Origin: Candidatus Micrarchaeota archaeon
Lineage (GTDB): Archaea; Micrarchaeota; Micrarchaeia; Norongarragalinales; Norongarragalinaceae
Direction: 5' to 3'
DNA: 45,574 bases
NCBI GenBank assembly: GCA_037444485.1
Contig: JBBIMI010000005.1
Coordinates: forward strand, 1 to 45,574
The translations under genes and the position numbers were made by a program. The notes beneath the pieces are model-generated. The model worked only from the letters and a program-made list of their open reading frames with translations, had not been told where the DNA came from and ran no database searches. Below are positions 35,840 through 45,396 of this stretch, one piece after another. The first letter of the stretch is position 1. Every line of letters starts with the position of its first letter.

Positions 35840-36715
35840 TTATCTTTCGCCGCGTTCCAGTTTTCGTCCCTTCCGCCCGCGCTGTTGTTGGGGTTGCCTT
35901 TGTTTTTGTTTTTCAGGCATTCCTCGAATCCGCGCTAAACGCTTTTCGAGGTCTTGCTTGAGTTTCAACGCAATAAAATTGCCGGTGTAGAAATCGGCTT
36001 TCGCGGCAATCGCGAGCTTCGCCGCGAGCGCGCGCGCGATTTTTCCGCGGTGCGCGGCTGGCGCGGCGTTAATCAGCGTGCTTTGAAAAATGATTCCGTG
36101 CTTGGGCGGCAGGGAACCCGAACGCAAGTGCTTGAATAAAGCGCGTTCAGCACCAATCACTTGAATAGTGCTTGCAGGCATTCCCGCGAGTTTTTCGAGC
36201 CCGCCGGCGGTCGAAACCAAGCGAGCCGCGAGAAGCGGTTCTACGAGAAGCGAAATGTTAGGCATCGCTTGCTTTGCTTTAACTTGAATGAATTCAACGA
36301 GTTCCCTCCGCGTTTTAAACAAGTCTTTTACGAGTCCAGCGATTCCGCGCACCGCGTTGGCGTCTGTTTCTTCGAAAACCGCTCCATAACTCGCATGCGC
36401 TTTTTCCATGACTTCCCTCGCTTTTTGTTCGCCTACGAGTTCGGCAAGCTTTCGTTCTTGAAAGAATTCTTTAGCACCGAACTCTGCGAAAACGTCTGCA
36501 GTGCGTTCCTCAGATAGTGCGAGTTCAGGAAAATTGATTTTCACCCACTCGCTCAAACGCTGCGACAAGAGGGACTTGATTTCGTCTAAATCGTCTATCG
36601 CGCGCACTGCGTGAATCAAACTCGCGTCTTTCCGTGCGAAAGCCTTCTGCACGCCCGCCTTCGCTTTTTCAAGCAACCGTTTTCTTTGGTGGATTGCTTC
36701 GTGCTCTCTCTTCAA
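35840..36715 (-). CDS. nop5: Box C/D RNP protein Nop5 (Nop56/58 homolog), short N-terminus
   Basis: AVRAIDDLD, MPN, PASTIQVIGAERALF, PPKHGIIF and RGKIARALAAKLAIAAKAD. Confidence 0.93.
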   Translation of the reverse strand: MKREHEAIHQRKRLLEKAKAGVQKAFARKDASLIHAVRAIDDLDEIKSLLSQRLSEWVKINFPELALSEERTADVFAEFGAKEFFQERKLAELVGEQKAREVMEKAHASYGAVFEETDANAVRGIAGLVKDLFKTRRELVEFIQVKAKQAMPNISLLVEPLLAARLVSTAGGLEKLAGMPASTIQVIGAERALFKHLRSGSLPPKHGIIFQSTLINAAPAAHRGKIARALAAKLAIAAKADFYTGNFIALKLKQDLEKRLARIRGMPEKQKQRQPQQQRGRKGRKLERGER

Positions 36716-36914
36716 TTAGATTCACTCTCCAAGATTCACTTTCCAAGATTCACTCTCTAAAATAGTTTTACTCTCTAAAATAGCAGCAATTTTTTAAGCT
36801 TCCTAAACTAAACAATTTAAGTTTGTTTATCGTCTTTATTAGCGGTTTTTAGTTAAAAAACTGTTTGCTTGAAAGAGTAATAGTAATTCTAAAGAGAGTA
36901 ATAGTGATTCTAAA

Positions 36915-38441
36915 ATGGTTGCGGAAAGCATTCAGGAAATAATAAACTTGTGCGCGAGACGCGGGCTTATTTTTCAAAACAGTGAGGCGTACGGTGTTTT
37001 CGCTGGTTTTTTCGATTACGGGCACTACGGCGCGTTGTTGAAGCGCCGCTTGGAAAACGCTTTTTGGAAGCGTTTCGTTGAAAAACGCGAGGACGTAATC
37101 GCGCTCGAAAGCGCTGTCATCAATCCCGCCAGCGTTTGGAAGGCAAGCGGCCATCTCGATTCGTTCAACGACCCGCTGGTCGAATGCGTCAAGTGCAAAA
37201 ACCGTTTTCGAGCGGACCACTTGATTGAGCAGGAATTAAAGTTAAGCGTTGACGGAGTGTCGCACGCTCGCCTACAAGAATTAATTAAAATACACAAACT
37301 AGCGTGTCCAAAGTGCAAAGGCGCTTTAAGCGAAATAAAGTCTTTCAACCTCATGTTTGAAACCCACGTGGGTGCGATTAAGGACGAGGCGAATGCGGTT
37401 TACCTCCGCCCAGAAACAGCGCAAGCAATGTTCGTAGACTTCAAAACCCTTCAACTTGCAACGCGCAAGCAACTGCCTTTCGGAATCGCGCAAGTCGGAC
37501 GCGGTTTCAGGAACGAAATCTCGCCAAGAAACTTCGTCTTCCGCGCGCGTGAATTCACGATGATGGAGATCGAGTTTTTCGTGCATCCAGAAAAGCTCGA
37601 CGAGTGCCCATTGTTCGGAAAACACTCGAATTTGAAGGCGAGTGTTTTGACAGCTGAAGCACAGGAAAAGCACGCTAAAGAAAAAGAGAAGAAACCTCTT
37701 GCCGCAGTAAAAAAAACCTTCGAGGAACTCGTTAAAGAAAAAACTATTGGCACGAAATGGCATGCTTACTGGCTCGCCGAATTCCTTTCATGGTTTTACG
37801 AACTCGGCTTGAATCCAGAACGCTTGCGCTTACGCCAGCACGTGCACGACGAGCTTTCCCACTATTCTCGCGAAACTTGGGACGTCGAGTACAACTACCC
37901 GCAATGGGGTTGGAAAGAATTAATGGGCGTGGCGAACCGCGGCGATTACGACTTGAACGCGCACGCCAAGCACAGCGGCAAAAACTTTTCCATTTTTGAG
38001 GAAGAAACCAAGAAACGCATAACGCCACACGTGATAGAACCCTCACTTGGTTCAGACCGCCTCGTCTTCACGCTCCTCGTCGACGCGTTCGAAAAGAAAA
38101 CAGAAAACGGGGAAGTAAAAAACATCCTCAAACTCTCACCCGCAGTCGCGCCAGTTCAAGCCGCAGTGTTCCCGCTCGTGAAGAAAGACGGCTTGGCCGA
38201 GAAAGCCCGCGGGGTTTTTGAAGCGTTGCGTGCTGCTGGCTTCGCGTGCGAATACGACGAGAATGGAAGCATTGGCAAGCGCTACGCGCGGAGTGACGAA
38301 GTGGGAATACCGTTTTGTGTGACAATCGATTACGACTCGCTTGAAAAAAATGATGTTACGGTGCGTTACCGTGATTCAAGCGCGCAGGAACGCGTTAAAA
38401 TCGCCGCGCTGGCCGCGTTTCTAGAAAAAAATTTTTGTTGA
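36915..38441 (+). CDS. glyS: Glycine--tRNA ligase (alpha2 type)
   Basis: WKASGH, FNLMFET, YLRPETAQ, FRNEISPR, ELSHYS, HVIEPSLG and SIGKRYAR.DEVG. Confidence 0.97.
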   Translation: MVAESIQEIINLCARRGLIFQNSEAYGVFAGFFDYGHYGALLKRRLENAFWKRFVEKREDVIALESAVINPASVWKASGHLDSFNDPLVECVKCKNRFRADHLIEQELKLSVDGVSHARLQELIKIHKLACPKCKGALSEIKSFNLMFETHVGAIKDEANAVYLRPETAQAMFVDFKTLQLATRKQLPFGIAQVGRGFRNEISPRNFVFRAREFTMMEIEFFVHPEKLDECPLFGKHSNLKASVLTAEAQEKHAKEKEKKPLAAVKKTFEELVKEKTIGTKWHAYWLAEFLSWFYELGLNPERLRLRQHVHDELSHYSRETWDVEYNYPQWGWKELMGVANRGDYDLNAHAKHSGKNFSIFEEETKKRITPHVIEPSLGSDRLVFTLLVDAFEKKTENGEVKNILKLSPAVAPVQAAVFPLVKKDGLAEKARGVFEALRAAGFACEYDENGSIGKRYARSDEVGIPFCVTIDYDSLEKNDVTVRYRDSSAQERVKIAALAAFLEKNFC

Positions 38442-38625
38442 CTGCCTTAGTTTTTTAGTTTTCTATTTTTTTACGCGCGTTCAAGCATCGCTTAAAAACA
38501 TTGTGTAAAAATATTTTCTTGTTTTGCAAGCCCTTATTCTTGCGAATGTTTTCAGCGTTTGATTTTAGGCGTGATTTTTTTCAGCGAGTTCTAGAAACAC
38601 GAATTCTAAAAACGCTTTCAGAGTT

Positions 38626-38961
38626 TCAACTGGTGGTTTGAGTTTGAGTTCGAGTTTTTTGTAGTGCTGCCTCGAATTTTTTCAAACTATCTCCGCGTTC
38701 CCCAAAGCCTTTCAAGAATTCCGCGAATTCTTTCGCTGACCGGTTTTCCATGCACTCGCTCAAGAATGCTTCAGCTTCTTCGAAGCGTTCAACATCTAGT
38801 CTAATCAAGTGTTTCACTAGCCATGTATTAAACTTGCTTGATTCTTCAATGTCGTCAAACTTGTCAAGATGTTTTTCAACGAGCTTGTTGACAAACTTAT
38901 TCCATTCGACGTCTTTACGCGTAAGCCTTCCTGTTACAAAATCTTCTGCAGGCAATTTCAA
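38626..38961 (-). CDS. Hypothetical protein
   Basis: 111 aa, AT-rich, GGAGG RBS before TTG. Confidence 0.55.
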   Translation of the reverse strand: MKLPAEDFVTGRLTRKDVEWNKFVNKLVEKHLDKFDDIEESSKFNTWLVKHLIRLDVERFEEAEAFLSECMENRSAKEFAEFLKGFGERGDSLKKFEAALQKTRTQTQTTS

Positions 38962-39321
38962 AAAACCTCCAAGCAGCCGAAAACAATCAAACCTCTAAAC
39001 AACCCCTAAAATTTTAAAATTGTTACCACCACATAGTTTATAAAGCCTTTTCTGCATATTTTCTGTAGCCAATCAAAAGTATCAACCTAAACTTAAACAA
39101 ATAAAAAAACTTAAACCAATAAAAAATTATTGATGATTAAAACAAATGGTTAAAATTAAAACAAATGGTTAAAATCAATTCATTAAAATCAATTAAAACT
39201 GGCAATCAAAATTAAAACTGGCAATCAAAATTAATAATTGTTTGTGAATTAATTGTTTGTGAATCGTTTGTGTTCATGAATTGTTTGCGTTTTGTTGCCT
39301 TTTGAAAAAAAGGGAAAAAAA

Positions 39322-40311
39322 ATGAGCGAGTATACTGTTGGACTCGCATTGGGAAGCGTTCTCGTCGTGCTCTTCGACGTTTACGCTTACTACCGTTACC
39401 GTTACAGCGAAGAGGTTCTCTCCAACGCGTTGCGCGCGCGCAAACGCGCGGAAACCGCGCGGCGTTTCGAAGAGGAACGCATTCAACGCGAGCCTGAAGC
39501 AGCGCCGGGAGTTTCCTCAATCGAATTCCAACGCGGCTTCGGGGAAGCCAGCGGCTTCACGCAACTCGAAACCATTCCTGTTTCTTTCGACGAACTCAAG
39601 CGCGCGAGCGGCATTTCCAGCGCCGAGCAAGAAAAGGAATTGTTGAAACTGCGCGACGAACTAGCATTACTGAGCGAACAACTAGCTTCCTTCAAGAAAC
39701 AAGCACGCGAGAAACCCAGCGAAGAGGAAGACACATCAAAAGCGGAAGAAGATAAACAAGTTGAACAGTTGGATGACGGATTTAACAAAAGCGAGGATTA
39801 CGGCGTTGACGATGTTTCCTTCGCGGAGCGAATGGAACAAACAAGTCAAAATCAAGCAAGTCAAGCAAATCAAGACGAACTCGCTGAAAAACGCGCGAAA
39901 GAACGGGAAGCGTTCGAAGCAGAGTTAAACGAGCGCGTACTCGCGTCAGAACCCGAAACCGAATCCGCGTCCGATGCCAGCGAACTCGGCAAACGCGAAC
40001 ACGATACTGCAGGCGGCTTGAGTGAAAGCGATTTCGTGAAAGAAGACGCTGAAGTCGTCGAACGCGTTGAAGGAGTTGAAGGTGAACGCGCCGGCTCTCA
40101 AAATTTAAGGGAAATTAAATCAGAAAACGAATCACAAGAATCAAAACCAGCTTTAAGCAGCCTAATGCAGGATTTAACCGCAGAGGAAGAACCAGAAGAG
40201 GAATTCGCGGAACCAACACTCAAACGCGTAGCGCGTGCGGCCCGCACGGGTCGCGCTGCGCGTGCTGTGAAGAGAAAAACCGTGAAGAAAACCGCGCGAA
40301 AGAAACGCTGA
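39322..40311 (+). CDS. Hypothetical membrane-anchored acidic protein with short coiled coil and basic C-terminal tail
   Basis: N-terminal TM, E-rich body, C-terminus RVARAARTGRAARAVKRKTVKKTARKKR; start moved to ATG 39322. Confidence 0.7.
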   Translation: MSEYTVGLALGSVLVVLFDVYAYYRYRYSEEVLSNALRARKRAETARRFEEERIQREPEAAPGVSSIEFQRGFGEASGFTQLETIPVSFDELKRASGISSAEQEKELLKLRDELALLSEQLASFKKQAREKPSEEEDTSKAEEDKQVEQLDDGFNKSEDYGVDDVSFAERMEQTSQNQASQANQDELAEKRAKEREAFEAELNERVLASEPETESASDASELGKREHDTAGGLSESDFVKEDAEVVERVEGVEGERAGSQNLREIKSENESQESKPALSSLMQDLTAEEEPEEEFAEPTLKRVARAARTGRAARAVKRKTVKKTARKKR

Positions 40312-40936
40312 AATCAAGAAGTCAAGAAATTAAAGGATTGCCTAATACTTCACGATTTTTTCTTTTTTCTTTTTTCTTCAAAACTTCTTTAAAAAATGCT
40401 TTCGTGTTTAAAACTACGGGCAGCGCTTCCCTCGCCCGATTGCTTTTTTTTCGAGAACCTTATTGAAACCAGCAGCCTTTTCTTTCTTAACCTGCAGGAC
40501 AAAAGAAAAACAGATGCAAATCGACAAATCGACTTGAAAAAATTTTTTTCGCTTCCTCCGAAAACTTTTCAATCAACGCTTTTCAATCAACGTCTTTATT
40601 TCCGCGTGTCGCGATTCATTTTTTAATTCTTCCAAAAATTGTTTAATTGTTTTGAGAAAATGTTGAGGAAACGCCGAAAAAAATGTTGAGAAAATGTTGA
40701 GAAAATGTCGAGAAAATGAATTGATTTTTTGTCAAGATTTCTCGTTAAACTCCTTTAACCGCCTTCCTGTAACTAACGCAACTAATCAAGCCCTTCTTAA
40801 GCAAGTCTTTTTTCCGCTTCAACCAGAGTAATGCGCTCTATTTTCTTCAGGGCGCAAACAACACCAGTTCAACACGCCTTGCTTAACACCTCTTTCAACT
40901 AGTTTTTAAAAGCAGTTTTTTTCTTTCAAAGTTTTT

Positions 40937-42415
40937 TCAAGCGACGTCTTGAACGTACTTTCTGCCTTCGCGCAGGCAGTCGAACGCGTTCTGAATCTCT
41001 TTACCCAAATACGCCCAGTGTTCCGCGCGTGAAACAAGGTTTTCTAAAACGAGTTTGTCTAAAACCTCTTTAACGCTTTTTCCTTCAATGCGTTTGCCCG
41101 TCTTGCCTGCGAGCGTCGCGTGCTCTACCACCACTTTCCCGCCTTCAAGCGAAATCAAGAAGTTTCCCCGCGGGTCTTCCTCGAACGCAACGCGTTTTGG
41201 ATAATGCTTTTCAAGAATCTCTAGCGCGGAATTCCAAGAGTTTTCGTAAATGTGCGCGGAATGCGAGATAGTCGTCAACGCGCCGAGCGCGAGGCCAGCC
41301 GCGTCCGCGAGTTCCTTCTGTAGTTTGCGTAACGCGAACGCGTTACGCGGCCAAGCGTCAAACATGTCATTCGACCTAATGTTTGCGGTCAGGAAAAGCT
41401 TGTCGCCGCGGACGCCCGCTGTTACTTGCGTGATGCACGGCGCTTGTTTTGTTGCAAGCGCGTTGTCTTCAAGCGGGTCGTACAAAACAGCGAGCACGTT
41501 TCTCAAGTCCTCCCGTTGTTTCAAGAGTTTTTTCATGCACTCTATTTGGTTGAAGCCTTTAAAGTCGCGCATGCGTTGCCCGTAAGTGTAACTCAAGCCC
41601 TCAGGCTTTTCAGGCGATAAAACCAGCGGATAATACTCTTCCAACTCGCGTTTCGAGAAATTCAGCCAAGGCGCGAAGAACACGTTTTCCGGGTCCTCGT
41701 CCGTCACAACTGCAATCAAGTTGAATACTTCCTTTTGTCTTCCGTACTTGCTTTCGTTCACGCTGCCGAAGTCCATGACAGTCTTCAAAATCTTGAGCCA
41801 CGCTTCCGCGACCGTCTTACCATCCACGCGGAAACCAGTTTCTTCCGAAGGCAATGTTTGTCCAGCTGAAGGAACGCTTTCCGGAAACAACGTTGGAACG
41901 CCGAAAGCCCGCTTTTTATTCAAGCCTTCAAGCGTTTCACTGATTTTCGTCACGTCCGCATTCGGCCGCAAGTCTATTAACTCAACGTTTTCGCGAACAG
42001 TTGAAATTGCGTTTGCTGGAATTTCCAAGTCAATCCGCGCGCCGAAGCTTTCAAAACCTTTAATAAAATTGTTTTCGTCCACGCCGAGTTCAAAAAAGTT
42101 TTTGAGTGCTGAGCCGCTCTTCGAATTGTCGAGCCCGCACAACACGATGTAGCGAATGTTTGGATTGGCGAGAATATTCCGTAGAATGTGGTTGATTCCG
42201 TAAAACGAGTAGAGGTTGCCGACAACAGCGTATTTTGAAGCGTCGAGTCCGCGCGCAACGTAATCACGGTTAGTCCAAAGCGTGCACACTCCCGCGTTCG
42301 CTTGCTTGTTGCCTACCACAAGCTGGTTTTTCTGGTAAACTGGCCAGTCACTCAAAGCATTCGAATCGCCGCTTGAAGCGTTCAAACCACTAGAAGAAAA
42401 CAAAACGACTTTCAA
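40937..42415 (-). CDS. thyA: Thymidylate synthase fused to an N-terminal MtrA-like domain and a C-terminal DUF4346-like domain
   Basis: N-term GVCTLWT and GNLYS..GINHILRNILANPNIRYIVLCG; middle YTYGQR, APC, RSND, NAF and SAHIY; C-term EDPRGNFLI and HWAYLGKE. Confidence 0.88.
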   Translation of the reverse strand: MKVVLFSSSGLNASSGDSNALSDWPVYQKNQLVVGNKQANAGVCTLWTNRDYVARGLDASKYAVVGNLYSFYGINHILRNILANPNIRYIVLCGLDNSKSGSALKNFFELGVDENNFIKGFESFGARIDLEIPANAISTVRENVELIDLRPNADVTKISETLEGLNKKRAFGVPTLFPESVPSAGQTLPSEETGFRVDGKTVAEAWLKILKTVMDFGSVNESKYGRQKEVFNLIAVVTDEDPENVFFAPWLNFSKRELEEYYPLVLSPEKPEGLSYTYGQRMRDFKGFNQIECMKKLLKQREDLRNVLAVLYDPLEDNALATKQAPCITQVTAGVRGDKLFLTANIRSNDMFDAWPRNAFALRKLQKELADAAGLALGALTTISHSAHIYENSWNSALEILEKHYPKRVAFEEDPRGNFLISLEGGKVVVEHATLAGKTGKRIEGKSVKEVLDKLVLENLVSRAEHWAYLGKEIQNAFDCLREGRKYVQDVA

Positions 42416-42481
42416 TCACCAAACGTTTTTTACCGCCTCAAGTCAAGCATTAACCCTAAAATTGATTTCAATCCAACACCT

Positions 42482-43516
42482 TTAACTCGAGTGAAAATGT
42501 TCCCTCGCGCCTTCATACTTGTGCTCGCGCAGCGTTACGCCGGCTTCACGCAGCATTCTCGCAGCATTTTCTGCAAGCGAGTACTCGGCGTTGTAAACGA
42601 CTTCAGTAATGCCGGCGTTGATTATCATTTTCGCGCAAATCAAGCAAGGCGAGAACGTAGTGTAGAGGATAGAGTCTTTGAGTGAAACGCCGTGGTAGGC
42701 GGCTTGCACTATAGCGTTTTCTTCGCCGTGAGAACAAAGGCACTCGTCGAGTTTTTCGCCGGAATTCGAGAAATTGTTGCAGCGTGGGCAGCCGCCTTCG
42801 CCGCAGTTTTTCACTCCCCGCGGCGTGCCATTGTAACCAGTTGAAATAACGCGTTTGTCGCGCACTATTACTGAAGCCACGTGCCGCTTGATGCAGTTGC
42901 TTCTCGTCGCAACAGTCCTGGCGATGTTCATAAAGTAATCGTCCCACGACGGGCGTTCGAGTTTGAACTCGCTTGAAAGCTCGGCGAGGAGGACGTCGAT
43001 GCGGTCGTAGAGAGCAGTCAAGTCGCCGTCGTTCACGAGCACTTTGTCCGCCATGCTTTCACACACGATGATGTTTTGTTTTGCTTCGTCGTTGTTCTTC
43101 AACTCGCGTTCCTCTATTTCTATGAATGCTTCAAGTGTTTTCGGGTCCGACTCGCGTTTGCGCGCTTTCATGCGCGCGAAACGCAGTTCGCGCGGCGCTT
43201 CCACGCGCACTAGAAAAAAGTTTGGGAGCTTGCGCAGTTCGTTGACTTCAGCTGGAACGCGGATAGAGTCGACCACGTAATTCCTGTCTTTAAGCATTTT
43301 AGGAATCGTTTTCGTTGCTAGGATGCCGGGCCCGAATTCGGCGCGCAGCGCGTTGCCTTTCTCTATCATTGCTTCGCGCGTGACTTCCCTTCCTTCGCCT
43401 GCAAGCTCTTCGCGAATAACGTCTGAAAGCGATTGGTAGTAAAAACCTTTTTTCTCTAAGTATTCAGCAACAGTGCCTTTGCCCGCACAGTTCCTGCCCG
43501 TCAACCCTATTATCAA
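42482..43516 (-). CDS. P-loop nucleotide kinase-like domain fused to dCMP deaminase
   Basis: IIGLTGRNCAGKGT, DSIR..EV and RFARMKAR.R; then RPSWDDYFM, STGYNGTP, HGEENA and PCLIC. Confidence 0.92.
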   Translation of the reverse strand: MIIGLTGRNCAGKGTVAEYLEKKGFYYQSLSDVIREELAGEGREVTREAMIEKGNALRAEFGPGILATKTIPKMLKDRNYVVDSIRVPAEVNELRKLPNFFLVRVEAPRELRFARMKARKRESDPKTLEAFIEIEERELKNNDEAKQNIIVCESMADKVLVNDGDLTALYDRIDVLLAELSSEFKLERPSWDDYFMNIARTVATRSNCIKRHVASVIVRDKRVISTGYNGTPRGVKNCGEGGCPRCNNFSNSGEKLDECLCSHGEENAIVQAAYHGVSLKDSILYTTFSPCLICAKMIINAGITEVVYNAEYSLAENAARMLREAGVTLREHKYEGAREHFHSS

Positions 43517-43769
43517 CTAGCGTTCACCTTAATACTCACTCGAAGCAACCCTTCACTTAAAACCACAATAATTTTTTTAATTCGATCTAATTCAATCTTG
43601 GCTTAACCTAATTTGATTTAACTTATTTTGTCTTAACCTAATTTTGTCTTTAATTCAATTGCTTCACAACTTTTAAATAATTTGCTTTTATTAAATATAG
43701 AGTTCTCGTTCTCGGAAAAATCTTGGTAATCTTGGAAAACTTTGAAATCAGTGTGGGAGGTAGTAGTTC

Positions 43770-44354
43770 GTGAACACGATAGAAAAAACTTTCGTAATGA
43801 TAAAACCTGATGGAGTGCAACGCGGGCTCGTTGGAGAGATAATCGCGCGCTTTGAACGCGCTGGCTTGAAGCTTGCCGCGCTCAAAATGGTTCGCTTGAC
43901 GAAAGCAGAAGCGGAAAAGTTTTACCCAACAGAAAGAGAATGGTTCAAGACAGTCGGCGAGAAAACGCTGAAGAACTACGCGAAGTACGGGATAGACGCA
44001 AACAAAGCGTTAGGTACAAGCGACCCAGAGAAAATCGGACTGACAGTAAAAGAATGGCTCGTCAAGTTCGTTACCAGCGCGCCAGTGGTTTGCATGGCGC
44101 TCGAAGGCAATCACGCGGTCGAGAACGCACGCAAGCTAGTTGGCGACACGCTGCCGCTCAACGCCGCGCCCGGCACGATTCGCGGCGATTACTCGCTCGA
44201 ATCAGCTGACTTCGCGAACGCGCGCAAGCAAGCTGTAGTAAACTTGATTCACGCGTCAAGCGACGCGAGCGAAGCAAAGCGCGAGCTCGCGCTCATGTTC
44301 AAGGAAAACGATTTTTGTGTTTACGCGCGCGTTGAAGACAAGCTCTTCGAGTAA
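43770..44354 (+). CDS. ndk: Nucleoside diphosphate kinase (long form)
   Basis: EKTFVMIKPDGVQRGLVGEII, PGTIRGDY and NLIHASSD; GGAGG RBS. Confidence 0.95.
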   Translation: MNTIEKTFVMIKPDGVQRGLVGEIIARFERAGLKLAALKMVRLTKAEAEKFYPTEREWFKTVGEKTLKNYAKYGIDANKALGTSDPEKIGLTVKEWLVKFVTSAPVVCMALEGNHAVENARKLVGDTLPLNAAPGTIRGDYSLESADFANARKQAVVNLIHASSDASEAKRELALMFKENDFCVYARVEDKLFE

Positions 44355-44471
44355 AACAGCAATCAAACGAGTTTTCGAGTAACAGCGAGTAAAACGGCGA
44401 ACAAAACCGCGCCTACGCGTACTCCAATACAGCAAACAGTTTTTAAACCCGCTTCAAGTTAATTGTTTACG

Positions 44472-45320
44472 ATGAAAATAAAGTGTTTCGCTGCAGTACT
44501 CGCGGTGTTTTTGGCATTCTTTTTCTCGGCGAGTGCGAGCGTCGACGCCTACGTCGCGCCAAACTTGCTTTTCTGTAAAAACCCGTTGACGCTGCGCGCT
44601 GGAAGCGTTTACGTTAATGGAGTTGCGAGCGCTGAAACTGGAATAGTGGAAGCGCAGGCGGGCGACGAGCTCGCGTTTGAATTCAGCGTGACGAACGGAA
44701 ACAGCGTCGCTTGCCAAAAGCCAGTAACTACTGTGCTCGCGTTTTACGGTTCAAGCAAAGACTATCTGAAAAACTGGTTTTCCTACTCGTTCGAAATAAA
44801 AACAAGCAAGCAGTTGAAGAGCTTGCCTGACGGCTTCATGAAAATTAAAAACCAACTGCCGCTACAATACTCTCTCCAAATCGCTCAAGGCGAAACAGTC
44901 CGCGCGAAACTCGTAGTGAAAACTCCTGCAGACGCGAAAACAACGCTCCTCGCCTTCGGCGTTGCAACCGCTTACCTCGTACCAGAAACAAGCAACGAAA
45001 CAATTTTAAACACTACTTCGACGCTTGACTTCAAGCCAATCGTTTTTTCAACAAAACCAACCACAACACCCGCGCTCGCGCCTACAGCGATGATTGCAAC
45101 TCCAACGCCGGCGCTCGAGCAAGCCATCAATCAAGTAAAACCAAGTCAACTGAATGATTGGACTCTAACCGCGTTCATCGCGTTCGCGCTTGCCGTGACA
45201 GTGTTTCTTTTTTTTGCAGCGCGCTTCCTCACGCGACCCCCTGCTTCCAACGATTCCCGCACTCTTCGCGAGCGCCACGGGGAACGCGAACGCAAGCGCG
45301 TTCAACGCGCGAAACGCTGA
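44472..45320 (+). CDS. Secreted protein with P/T-rich linker and C-terminal TM anchor
   Basis: Signal peptide ending ASA, KPTTTPALAPT linker, TM segment and Arg-rich tail. Confidence 0.75.
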   Translation: MKIKCFAAVLAVFLAFFFSASASVDAYVAPNLLFCKNPLTLRAGSVYVNGVASAETGIVEAQAGDELAFEFSVTNGNSVACQKPVTTVLAFYGSSKDYLKNWFSYSFEIKTSKQLKSLPDGFMKIKNQLPLQYSLQIAQGETVRAKLVVKTPADAKTTLLAFGVATAYLVPETSNETILNTTSTLDFKPIVFSTKPTTTPALAPTAMIATPTPALEQAINQVKPSQLNDWTLTAFIAFALAVTVFLFFAARFLTRPPASNDSRTLRERHGERERKRVQRAKR

Positions 45321-45396
45321 ACGCCGGCAGCTCTTCACAACAAACCTTCTAAACACGGTTTAAAGCAGTAACCGGAAAACTAACCGGAAACAAACC

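Noticed and set aside
40312-40936. Possible ncRNA or small gene in the 625 bp gap (including the 76 aa ORF at 40396)
   Set aside because: No SRP, RNase P or tRNA hallmarks and no convincing ORF; an Rfam scan would be needed
41900-42415. MtrA-like domain as evidence of methanogenesis
   Set aside because: It is fused to ThyA, lacks the cobalt-ligand His, and no other mtr or mcr genes are present
527-45356. Numerous 60-200 aa ORFs overlapping or antisense to identified genes
   Set aside because: Shadow ORFs expected in GC-rich coding sequence; none shows an independent motif
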